From Carcharhinus longimanus (Eukaryota), in contig JASCQW010000098.1 in NCBI GenBank assembly GCA_030264375.1, positions 57,155,864 to 57,219,863 of the forward strand: a stretch of 64,000 nucleotides of DNA, written 5' to 3'. Position 1 is the stretch's first letter; the number at the start of each line of letters is the position of its first letter. The notes under the pieces are model-generated. The model did no database searches, was not told where the DNA came from, and saw only the letters and a list, made by a program, of their open reading frames with translations. Positions 12,414 to 22,075 of this stretch are shown here, piece by piece. A program made the position numbers and the translations under genes.

Positions 12414-12549
12414 GGCCAGAATTCTCTGACCTCACCCACAGCTGGGATAGTCTGCTCTTGCCGTTATGAATGGAGTTTTGGCTGATTACCAAATTCTCCA
12501 TTCCCGCTGGCAGCAGTGGTGGCACGTATGGTATCAAAGAATTCCAGCC
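12414..12549. mobile_element. Short MITE with GGCC/TGGAATTCTC-type terminal inverted repeats
   Basis: Termini ggccagaattctc ... agaattccagcc. Related copies at ~29150-29316, 32134-32304, 32847-33055, 38070-38200 and 47315-47440. Confidence 0.6.
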
Positions 12550-13494
12550 AGTGTGTTTAGTTGTCACAGGGTAACTGGCAGTAGCCGAGAAGACCCAGTA
12601 AAAGACAAAGCTTTCTTGGTGATAGCCTAAAAGACAAGATTGACATGTTTATGCCACTAGTTGTGTGAGTTACCCACTCAAAGAACTGTATTGGCATACA
12701 AATATTAGAGAACGTGTTGCCAATGTAAGCAAACACTACCAGTCCAGTAATCAACACTGAAAGTGAATTGATTCATGATCGTACAGTTAAACAAAGAAGA
12801 TCAACAGCATTAAGCTCTATACAGCGTAAAACATTCTGTTGGATGGTTTGTGGCTTTGCTAATGGGGAGTGCTGGAAATGGGATTCCCTCAGCAGTGATA
12901 GTACAGCTTAGGGGGCTATACCCAAGCACATTAAATTGAGAATGAATATCAAAACAGGAGTAGGCTGTTCCACCATTTAATTAGATCATGGCTGATCCAA
13001 ATCTCAAATCTATTTATCTGCCTTTGATCCATATCCCTTGATGCCCTTTACAAATAAAAAAAACAATTGATTCCAGTTTTGAATTTTTTTATTGATCCAA
13101 CATTCGCAGCTGTTAGTGAAGAGGTGTTTTGGAAATCAATGAAATGAAGTAGTCATACTCTCTATGGAGGTGCACGCAGGATGGTGACAATAATGATATC
13201 CATTAGCAGAGTGGTCAAAGATCATATGGAGACCTGAAAAGCAGGAAAAGTACTTGCAAGAGCATCATAGGAGCAAGAAAGAAAGGTTAGTAAGTTAGTA
13301 TGGTAATGTCAGAGAAGGAGGAGAATATAAGCTTGGGAAAAGCTGAGGATCCTTGGAAGGCAGTTGCTTTGTTAACAAAGGTCATTGATGTTTGGGGAAA
13401 TGTAATGATGAGCTGCGTTTTATTTTTGGACTTCTTTTGCAGAATTGGTGATTTTTTTTGTCTATTTATTGTTAATGTGGGAATGCCAAAGAAC

Positions 13495-13650
13495 ATAGCT
13501 TGAATATTGCTGAAAAGAGAGACATGTTGCCGAAGCTTTTCATCTTGCACTCATCAGGAATGCCAAATTTCAAACCATCACAATTTATACTGCAGGAGAA
13601 GGGGATGCTGATTCGTTGGAAAGTCAACTCTGGCTGAGGCATTACCATGA
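13495..13650 (-). mobile_element. Penelope-like element (family a), left inverted arm with hammerhead motif
   Basis: Reverse complement matches 14056-14101 + 14249-14286 + 16965-17042. Contains CUGAUGA-gugcaagau-GAAA-AGCU-UC-GGCAAC on the minus strand. Confidence 0.7.
13527..13559 (-). ncRNA. Minimal type-I hammerhead ribozyme motif (degenerate; stem I 5' strand appears lost)
   Basis: Minus strand ccCUGAUGA/GUGCAAGAU/GAAA/AGCU/UC/GGCAA: intact core boxes, palindromic AAGCUU stem III, UUC cleavage triplet. Confidence 0.6.
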
Positions 13651-13666
13651 CTTGCTAGAAAAAATG

Positions 13667-13930
13667 TATTAGTCACAAGAAAGGCTTACATTAGCATTGC
13701 AATGAAGTTACTATGAAATTCCCCCATTCGCCATAGTCCGCCGCCTGTTTGGGTCAATGCACCTTAACCAGCACGTCCTTCAGAATGTGGGAAGCAACCA
13801 GAGCACCCAAAAGAAATCCATGCAGACACAGGGAGAATGTGCAAACTCCACACAGACAGTGACCTAAGCTGGAATTCAAACCCGGGTTCCTGGCACTATG
13901 AAGCAGCAGTGCTAACCACTGTGCTACCGT
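13667..13930 (-). mobile_element. V-SINE, alternative-tail subfamily
   Basis: Same head and core as HE1 copies, but the tail reads ...catagtaacttcattgcaatgctaatgtaagcctttcttgtgactaata on the minus strand. Confidence 0.85.
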
Positions 13931-14101
13931 ACGAAGTGGCATACGTGTATATATATTCATAAGGAACCCTTCTCAGCAAACAAAAGGGATATATATTCAA
14001 GCCTTTTTTGAATTAGCCAGAGTTTGGGGTCCCTATAGTTTCTTCTTGCTTTCTCCATGGCAATGCCTCCGCCAATCAGAATCAGTTTGCCAACCAATCA
14101 G

Positions 14102-14248
14102 AGATAGATTATTTTTATTGATCAGGGGTATCAAGGGATATGGGCCTGGAACAGGTACATGGAGTTAGGCCCCAGATTAACCATGATCTTAATAAATGGC
14201 AAAGTGGACTCGAGAGGCTGAATGGCCTTCTCCTGTTCCTATGTTCCT
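14102..14248 (+). mobile_element. CR1 3' terminal fragment inserted into the Penelope arm, flanked by an aatcag duplication
   Basis: gagatagatt...ggctgaatggccttctcctgttcctatgttcct; aatcag occurs at 14096-14101 and 14249-14254. Confidence 0.75.
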
Positions 14249-15034
14249 AATCAGCTGCCTTTTCTCCTGTAGTATAAATTATTGTGTTATGGGCAGGAGA
14301 GAGATATAGACTGAAACACACAATTCCCTTTCCCTTGTGTCTACTATCAGTTTAATTTTGAGAAGGCTAGCATGTATTCCAAACACATTTTAGTATGCGG
14401 TCAATTTAAAAGTTGCCAGCAGCAGACTTTCCTGGATTTAATCAAAGAGTATTAATTATTCCCACACTCATCTTGTAAATTATACGCTACATCAATTGCA
14501 CAATATACACCCAAGAAAGATTTAATTAGAAAAGATGGTGCACTTCTACAGCAATTAAAACCATGAGAATAGATAACGGTTTGTGTGCCTTGAAGAACCC
14601 TGTGAAGGGGGTGAGCTTTTCTCACTCTGGAATTGAAGTTCAGATAAGTTCAGATGGCTGGCATCAACCCTGAATTAACTGCAGGATTCCTTCAAAGTAA
14701 AGGCTGTTCAGCAGTCTGTTCAGTAGGCTAGTCCTGATGGTTATAACTAGAGGTCTAATTTTTTATAGGCAAGCTCAGAACTGTTTGGAACAGTTTGGAG
14801 GAGGCTTTTGGAAGATTGTAAGCCTCATAGGTCTTCAAAAGGCAGAATGGCACAGCTTTTTGATGCAGCTGTGAAACTGTTGCTATTATTCTGCAAATTT
14901 GGACAAACAAATCTAAAAATCAGAGGACGGTTTTGATCACATGATGATTTGCCATTGCTACACAATAGAAGGCAAGTGATGGCCTTCCACAGAGAAGGAG
15001 TAGTTTCAGTCACATGGTCAAAAGCAATTAAAGT

Positions 15035-15657
15035 AAGACCATAAAACCATAAGATATAGGAGTAGAATTAGGCCATTTGGCCCATCTGAGTCTGCTCTGC
15101 CGTTCAATTATGGCTAATGTGATTCTCATCCCCATGCTCCTGCCTTCTCCCCGTAACCCTTGATTCCCTTATTGATCAAGAACCTATCTATCGCTGTTTA
15201 AAATCATTCAATGACCTGGCCTCCACAGCCCTCTGTGGCAATGAGTTCCACAGATTCGCCACCCTCTGGCTGAAGAAATTCTTCCTCATCTTAGTTTTAA
15301 AGGAACATCCCTTCACTCTGAAGTTGTGCCCACAAGTTCTAGTCTCTCCTACCAGTGGAAACATCTTCTCCACATTCGCATTATCTTGGCCTCTCAGTAT
15401 TCTGTAAGTTTCGATTGGACCCCCCCTCCCACATTTCAAAACTACATCGAGTATCGACCCAGACTTCTCATCTGCTCCTCATATGACAAACCCTTCATTC
15501 CTGGGATCTTTCTTGTGAATTTCCAATGGAACCCTCCAAGGATAGCACATCCTTCCTAAGGTATGGAGCCCAGGTATTCCAAATGGGGTCTAATCAGAGC
15601 CTTATACAGCCTCAGCAGTACAGTCCTGCTCTTATATTCTAGCCCTCTAGAAATGAA
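15035..15657 (-). mobile_element. CR1 LINE 3' fragment (end of ORF2 plus 3'UTR)
   Basis: ORF 15188-15439 contains GHNFRVKGCSFKTKMRKNFFSQRVANLWNSLPQRAVEA, the CR1 ORF2 C-terminus; (cataaga)n-type tail. Confidence 0.92.
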
Positions 15658-15786
15658 ACTTGAACAGCAGAACAACAGAAGGCAGTATTGTGACTCAGCA
15701 TAGGCGAGGTTCTCCAAAGTAGTTAATCTAGATGAGTCACCTCAACTTGTCAGTGTCCAGCTGGGATATAGGCCCCTTCCCCCAAT

Positions 15787-16634
15787 TGTTACATCCTGAA
15801 TGAAGGAGAATGGACTGGTTCCCTGTCTTTATTCAACCTCTTATGTTGGTCACAGCAAGATTTAATCTAAAAATGACCCCTTTTCACAGTTACCTTATTC
15901 CCAGACCCTATAAATATGTTTTCAGTGGAGCCAAATTAACCAGGATTTCTTGAGTTCAGATCGAGTGAATTTATTAATTACTGAAGGCTAGAAAATGGTA
16001 AATATATATGCATTCAGGTTAGGAGATACGAGATTCCAGTAGATTTGACCTCTGGAAGCAAATAGTCTGTTTCAAGTTTCCAGTAGAGTTGATTTCAGCA
16101 GGCGAATAGTTGGTTTTTCGATTCAAGTGCTCTGTAGTTCGGTGGAGAAGCTGCACAGTTCTCCTTTCAGCTGCGTCTTTGTTGGTTTGACTGACTTCCA
16201 CAACCAAAGTGTGAGAGACCAAGAATCACCTGCAAAATATTTGCAGGGGTATTGTGAGTATGCTTTCTGGCTTTTACATCTGTGTCAAATATCCAGCATT
16301 TGTCCTCACAGACAACCTGGGGCACCTTTTCAACTGGCTTTTAACCCATTTTTTTAATATCCAAACGGGAAGGCAAAACCACAAAAAAATCTGTCTGGGC
16401 ATTGCACAAGGAATCACTTGATGAGTTGGTCATTACGTCCCATTGTTTCCACCAGTGATAGTAATTAGTTTCTGGATGCTTTTAGAAGTACCTTGTCTCG
16501 TAAGAGAATGGAGTTCCATTGTCTTTTAGACAATTCAGGCAGCAGTTTGTGTGTCATTTAAAAAAAACTCAGGTCTTATTCCAATTCCAATATTTCCAGC
16601 ATAATGTGGTGTTTTTTCCTTCGTTATTATAACA
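15787..16634. mobile_element. Solo-LTR-like element nested in a larger LTR-like insertion starting ~14285
   Basis: About 850 bp with inverted termini TGTTA...TAACA. Its start resembles the element beginning tgttatggg at 14285. No matching TSD seen. Confidence 0.45.
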
Positions 16635-16991
16635 GTAGAAAATAATTTTTAATACTTTACTGTGCCTTTTAACCCTTTTTTATGTGGTGGACCTGGAGTC
16701 AGAGGGTCTATCATTTTGGAATAAACCTTGACAACAGTGGATGTGAAATAACATAAGAATGCTTTTTAAACATGTCCATTCAAGTGAAGCCCCTATCTAT
16801 TGTAATCCAATTTGAAACTTCCCAGAAAGCTTGCTAGACAAGCTTTGAAGTGCTAAAGTCAGATGACCCCTTGGCAGCCAGTTCATTGGAGTCCATTTTA
16901 AAAGGAATTCCCTTGTTAGAAAAATGCTAATAACTTCATGCCTGTACTGGCAAAAACTTGTGTTTTTGTTTGAAATTCTGTATTCCTGTGT

Positions 16992-17027
16992 TTGTCCCGA
17001 TGAGAACAAGATGAAAAGCTTCAGCAA
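16992..17027 (+). ncRNA. Minimal hammerhead ribozyme motif (family a, right arm; core mutated)
   Basis: UUGUC-CcGAUGA-gaacaagau-GAAA-AGCU-UC-aGCAA: stem I UUGUC/(G>A)GCAA, palindromic stem III, U4>C substitution in the core. Confidence 0.6.
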
Positions 17028-18607
17028 CATGTTTTTCTTTTGGGCAAGTACCAGATTGAGTGACAGAAGGGCAACCAGTAGCTTTTGACACCTGTGATTG
17101 AAATAAATGATTATTTGAGCCAGTCAGGAAGTGACTTTTTTGTTACCTTGGTACACTCGTAGTGTGATGGTCAGCATCTAAAATGTTCATTCATCCATGA
17201 ATAGACCACTAGGATGAATGTTCATACTTTTCTACACTCATGTTGTCCCCATAATTTTGCAGGCCAGTCACTTCCCTGTTAGGCATGTTCCTCGGCTGCT
17301 GATGCTGACCAATGGTGTCAGAGCCCTGAGACTAGCATAACAGGAAAACAAGGGCTAAAGAGCTTTCTTACAGTACGATAAACAGGATAAACTGCAGAGA
17401 GCTACTCAGTATCCTTTGTTTATGCAACTAATGTATCTGAAGCAATTTTTATAATGAAATTTAAAGTGACTCAGACCATGCAAAACATGGAGCCTTAATA
17501 CTTTGCAAATTAATGCAAGACGGGTTTCAGCACTCTTAAAGCCAACATTAATGTAGCAGCTTTGGCAGTTCGAGCTTTCAAATATTAGTTTAGGCAGAAC
17601 ATCTCTCCTGGGGTACTCTGCGGAAGCTAATACATAACATACTTAATGTGTTCCTAAAGTACTGCATCTGTAAGGAAGTTCCTTCAGAGGGAACATTGAG
17701 AAGAGTTATTCTTCCTAATCGTGCGTGGAAATCAGCATCTGGACATCAAAAGATGCCAGAACCCAGTCACTGTAAGGAACACTGGTTAAAGACAGCCTGA
17801 CAAAGTATATCTGCTAAAAGAGTGTTTCCGCTATGCCGACAGTCAACAATTGAAGCTCAGCAGGTCCACACTGGGCACAAATGGAACTATTTGCTCTGAT
17901 AGCAGAGACGTTGCAATCTTGTTTTAACATCTGGGCACCCACCTGTTCCAGGAGTCATATCTCTCTTTTATAGTTGGTTCATCACATCAAAGGTCATAAA
18001 ACTGGTAAGAATATCATGTATCGTATCTTTTCACTTGTAACAGGCACCATCTCCCCACAAAAAGCAGGCTTACAACTTAGGTGCTTGTTGTACATTACAT
18101 TTCATACATTACAACAATGACTAGATGTCACAACACCTTTTAAAGCACTTTGGAACATCCTGAGGTCATGAAAACCCTATGTAACGGCAAGTTTTCTTTT
18201 GCATGACAATTTGAGTACAGGTAGATTTGAGGCGATTTGTGTGTGATGTGGTATATTGCATTCAAAATAAGCATAAAGCTATTGTACACACAAAATACAA
18301 AATTATGCAGTAAATGCTAGCAAAGTTGGGTTTATCCAGGTCCAAGTACCAGTTAACTGATACTTTAAAATTCAATTATTTTTTGAAAAAATGTAACAAA
18401 ATAAAATTCAGAGACACATATTCATTGTTTTGAATTATTGCCTATTGTAATTCAAACCTAATTTTTGCAGTTCTTTAATTTGTAAACATTTTAATACAAG
18501 TAAGAGTGAAAGTGTAATAACATTTGGCAGCAGAAAAATCAATGAATGGTCGCGTCCAGAGCCTCTGGAGTCAGACTTCTGATAAGTAATCTGTCTTAAT
18601 TCATCAG

Positions 18608-18846
18608 GCATTTCTTATTTAAACCGGGATCTGGATCTTCTCCACTTTTTTGTACAACTGGTCCTGGTTACCCCCTCACTTCAAGCACTGTGTACTCGCC
18701 GCCACCTCGACCTTTGCCACGCAGCACTTTCTCAAGGTCTGCATTCAATCTGAAAAAGCCACACAAGTACTGCAACTGGAAGTGCACTGCCTTGAGTGCC
18801 ATCATCATTTCTGTAACACTGGTGATTCTGCTCGCCTACTTCATTG
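18608..18846 (+). CDS. TENM4: Teneurin-4 exon: end of intracellular domain and most of the transmembrane helix
   Basis: catcag|GCATTTC acceptor, ATTG|gtaag donor. Translates [79 protein letters not shown]. Confidence 0.97.
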
Positions 18847-19297
18847 GTAAGTTGCTAAGTATATTTATTTTCCTAATTTTGATTTTTTTTAAGCGTAATT
18901 TCTCTGAAATAAACCGTTCCCATTTTGTTTTGTTTTGCTTTACTGTGGCCTGAGTTTCTTGCCTCTTGTTGAGCACTCCCGGAGTTTGGACCCAAGGTCA
19001 ACTTCTGGAAAGGACATTAAAAACATTGCTGGAAGTACATTGACTCAGATGTGTGTGGCTGTCTTCAGAGTTAGGAGCTGACCAACTCTCTTTTTGAGTT
19101 TGAACTTTCTTTGGAATCAGGCCACTTCTAACATAGTTGCCTTTTGCTCTGAAGTAAACCTGTAGCTGTCACAGATTTATATCTTAAATGTTAATACTTA
19201 TCCCATAATATTCTAAGGGGGAAATATAGAACGAAAAATATTATCTTACTTTATTCCTTTGCATGATATCTTAAAGATTGGAAATAAGTTAGCATCT

Positions 19298-19670
19298 CTG
19301 TGGTGGCTTAGTGAGTGAATGCGTGATGCGGTGAGATTATCAGCCATGTGGAGAGAAAGGTCTTAGTCCCTCGTCTGGGCTGAGTTAACAGATCTCAGCC
19401 AGGTGATAGTTGATATGTGGCAATTGGTCTTAGCAGCTTCTCTCCCAGGTTTATAAAAGGAAAATTAACTAAAGTGCCCTCTCCTGATGGCTCGCCAGTA
19501 TTCCCTACTCGAGAAAGTAAGCTCCCGTAAGTCAGGTAAAAACTGAATCGAGATTGGTGGTGTAGTTATCTATGATTGAACAGCCCCTTAAACTCATCTT
19601 GTCGTCTGCCTCATGAAGAAAGTTCACAGGGTGAGGTACCAGAGGAATTGTGGCATTCATGGAATCAGCA
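19298..19670 (+). mobile_element. Old, diverged SINE resembling AmnSINE2-type ancient vertebrate repeats
   Basis: Motifs gctgagttaacagatctcagcc, caattggtcttag, ctcctgat, catgaagaa...gggtgaggtaccagagg occur in the order I recall for that family; identification is from memory. Confidence 0.5.
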
Positions 19671-19709
19671 CTTCAGAAGAGGAGAGAAGTAGACTGAGGA
19701 CATTTACCG

Positions 19710-20860
19710 AGGAACATAGGGATAGGAGGAGGCCATTTGACTCATCAAGCCAGTTCTGTCATTCAGTGAGATGAAGACTGATCTGTGATCTAACTTCATA
19801 TACCCATCTTTACCCTGAGCCTTTGGTTAGTAATTATATCCTTAATGAAGCCAGTCTGTCATTCACTGAGATGAAGGCTCATCTGTGATCTAACTGCACA
19901 TACCCACCTTTACCCTCTGCCTTTGGTAAGCAATTATATCCTTAATGCCTTTGGTTAGCAAAAAATTATTAATTTCCATTTTAAAATTAATAACTGATCT
20001 ATCATCAATCATAGTTTGCAGAAGAAAGTTTAGTACCTCTCCCTCCCGTTGTGCTTGGAAGCATTTCTTGGTTTCACATTGGAGGGGTCTAACTGTAATT
20101 TTTTTAGACAATCCCCGTTAAGTCCTATCTACCTATCTGTTCACCTTAATGTCATGGAAACTTTGATTAAATCATTCTTAGTCTTCTGAAATCAGAGAAT
20201 ACAATCCTTGTTTGTGTAATCTCTCACGATAATTTAGTTCTTGCAGTCCTGGTATAATTTGGGTAAATCCAAGCTGTACTCCCTCCAAAGTCAGTGCATT
20301 CTGCCTAAGCCGTGATGCCTGAATTGCTTTAATACTCAAGGTGTTGCTTAGAGCTTTGTAAAGCTGAAACATGGCTGTTATGCACTGGTACTCTAGTCCT
20401 ATAGACATAAAGGGCAGCATACCACTAACCTTGTTTCTTATTTTATGTACTTGTTCATGACATTTCAGTGATCTATGTACCTGGGCCCCAAATCCCTTTG
20501 TACCTTCACTATTTCTAGCTNNNNNNNNNNNNNNNNNNNNNNNNNNNNNNNNNNNNNNNNNNNNNNNNNNNNNNNNNNNNNNNNNNNNNNNNNNNNNNNN
20601 NNNNNNNNNNNNNNNNNNNNCTGGGCCCCAAATCCCTGTGTACCTTCACTATTTCTAGCTTCTCACCATTTAGAAACTTCTCTAGCTGTTTTAAATCTTT
20701 TGGTAGACAAAGTGAAAGACCTGACACTTGGCCCACATTGAAATTCATTTACCATAGTTTTGCACATTCCTTACTCTATTCATTTTATGCTTTCACCTGC
20801 ACCGCTTGCAATGCTGCTTTTGTGCATCATTGACACATTTAGATATGTGGCTTTCTATTT
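19710..20860 (-). mobile_element. Old CR1 LINE 3' portion (RT C-terminus to 3'UTR), spans a gap
   Basis: Minus-strand ORFs read LEGVQLGFTQIIPGLQELNYRERLHKQGLYSL and FKMEINNFLLTKGIK. Confidence 0.85.
19747..19947. repeat. ~100 bp tandem duplication (2 units) within the CR1 3'UTR
   Basis: aagccag(t)tctgtcattca...aattatatccttaatg occurs at 19747-19847 and 19848-19947 with several substitutions. Confidence 0.9.
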
Positions 20861-20866
20861 TTTAAT

Positions 20867-21095
20867 TTGATTTGATTTATTATTATTGTCACACGTATTA
20901 ACATTCAGTGAAAAGTATTGTTTCTTGCACGCTATATAAACAAAACATACCGTTCATAGAGAAGGAAATGAAAGAGCACAGAATGTTGTGTTACAGTCAT
21001 AGCTAGGGTGTAGAGAAAGATAACAATGCAAGGTAAGTCCATTCGAACGTCTGACAGCAGCATGGAAGAAGCTGTTTTTGAGTCAGTTGGTACCT
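20867..21095 (-). mobile_element. Rex1/Babar-type LINE 3' end
   Basis: Reverse complement of 56650-56951; ends ...gtgacaataataataaatcaaatcaaa and encodes an LKNSFFHAAVRRSNG-like C-terminus. Confidence 0.75.
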
Positions 21096-21775
21096 ATCCT
21101 AAATGTAATGAATAGTTGAAACTCCCAATTCCAATCCTTGCAGGGCACCAGTAGTCACCACTGGCAATTACAGTAACTGTCCGTTCGCCTGACTTTCTGT
21201 CGCTGGAATAATAGATTAAGGACATTTTTTGATACTTCAATTGTAATTATAATCAGTATTATGATGAGGGATGAGGCATTGTACTGTCACCTTCTTAAAA
21301 AATATTGATTCCTCATTTTTAACAAAACTGACAAATTTAATTCAAAGTGAAAAAGAAATATTGGTTCTTTCAATTCCAAAGGATTCTAGAAATAGGAGCA
21401 CAAATGCCCACTTTTGAATCGAAAAAAAGAATCGCAACATACTGATAGCATCCAGAATTGAAGCATTGCTTTTTAAGGAATTCTAAATTTGATGCTAGCC
21501 GAGAAATTGACTGCAATCTCCTTTCATTGATCTCAGTTGAGGCTTATGATTGCACTGAGCTTTTCCAATCTCTCTGGATGTTTCAGTAAACAGGAGTGAA
21601 TCCCAAATCTGACTCTCATGTAGAAGTCCTGGCACCTGAAAGGTCTGGCTTGAAAGCAAGGAAGGAAGGTTAAATTCTCAGTCCGCTCCTGAAGCTACAC
21701 AATGTGGGCAATGAGATAGAAATGCTGCTGTCCTGTGCAAACTGGAATTTTGCCCGCTGCTTAATCAAAGCACTA

Positions 21776-22075
21776 ATCATAGAATCCCTACAGTGCAGAA
21801 GGAGGCCATTTGGCCCATTGAGTCTGCACTGACCACAATCCCACGCAGGCCCTATTCCCGTAACCCCACATTTTTACCCCGCTAATCCCCTGATACTAAG
21901 GGGCAATTTAGCATGGCCAATCAACTTAACAAGCACGTCTTTGGACTATGGGAGAAACCCATGCAGACACAGGGAGAAAGTGCAAAATCCACATAGACAG
22001 TGACCCAAAGTCAGAATTGAATCCAGGTCCCTGGTGCTGTGAGGCAGCAGTGCTAACCACTGTGCCACCGTGCCG
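21776..22075 (-). mobile_element. HE1-type V-SINE (CR1-type tail)
   Basis: atcatagaatccctacagtgcagaaggaggccatt ... gctaaccactgtgccaccgtgccg. Confidence 0.9.

Noticed and set aside
20481-20660. 40-bp direct repeat on either side of a 100-N gap
   Set aside because: Identical except for one base and abutting the gap on both sides; most likely an unmerged contig or haplotype overlap, not a biological repeat.
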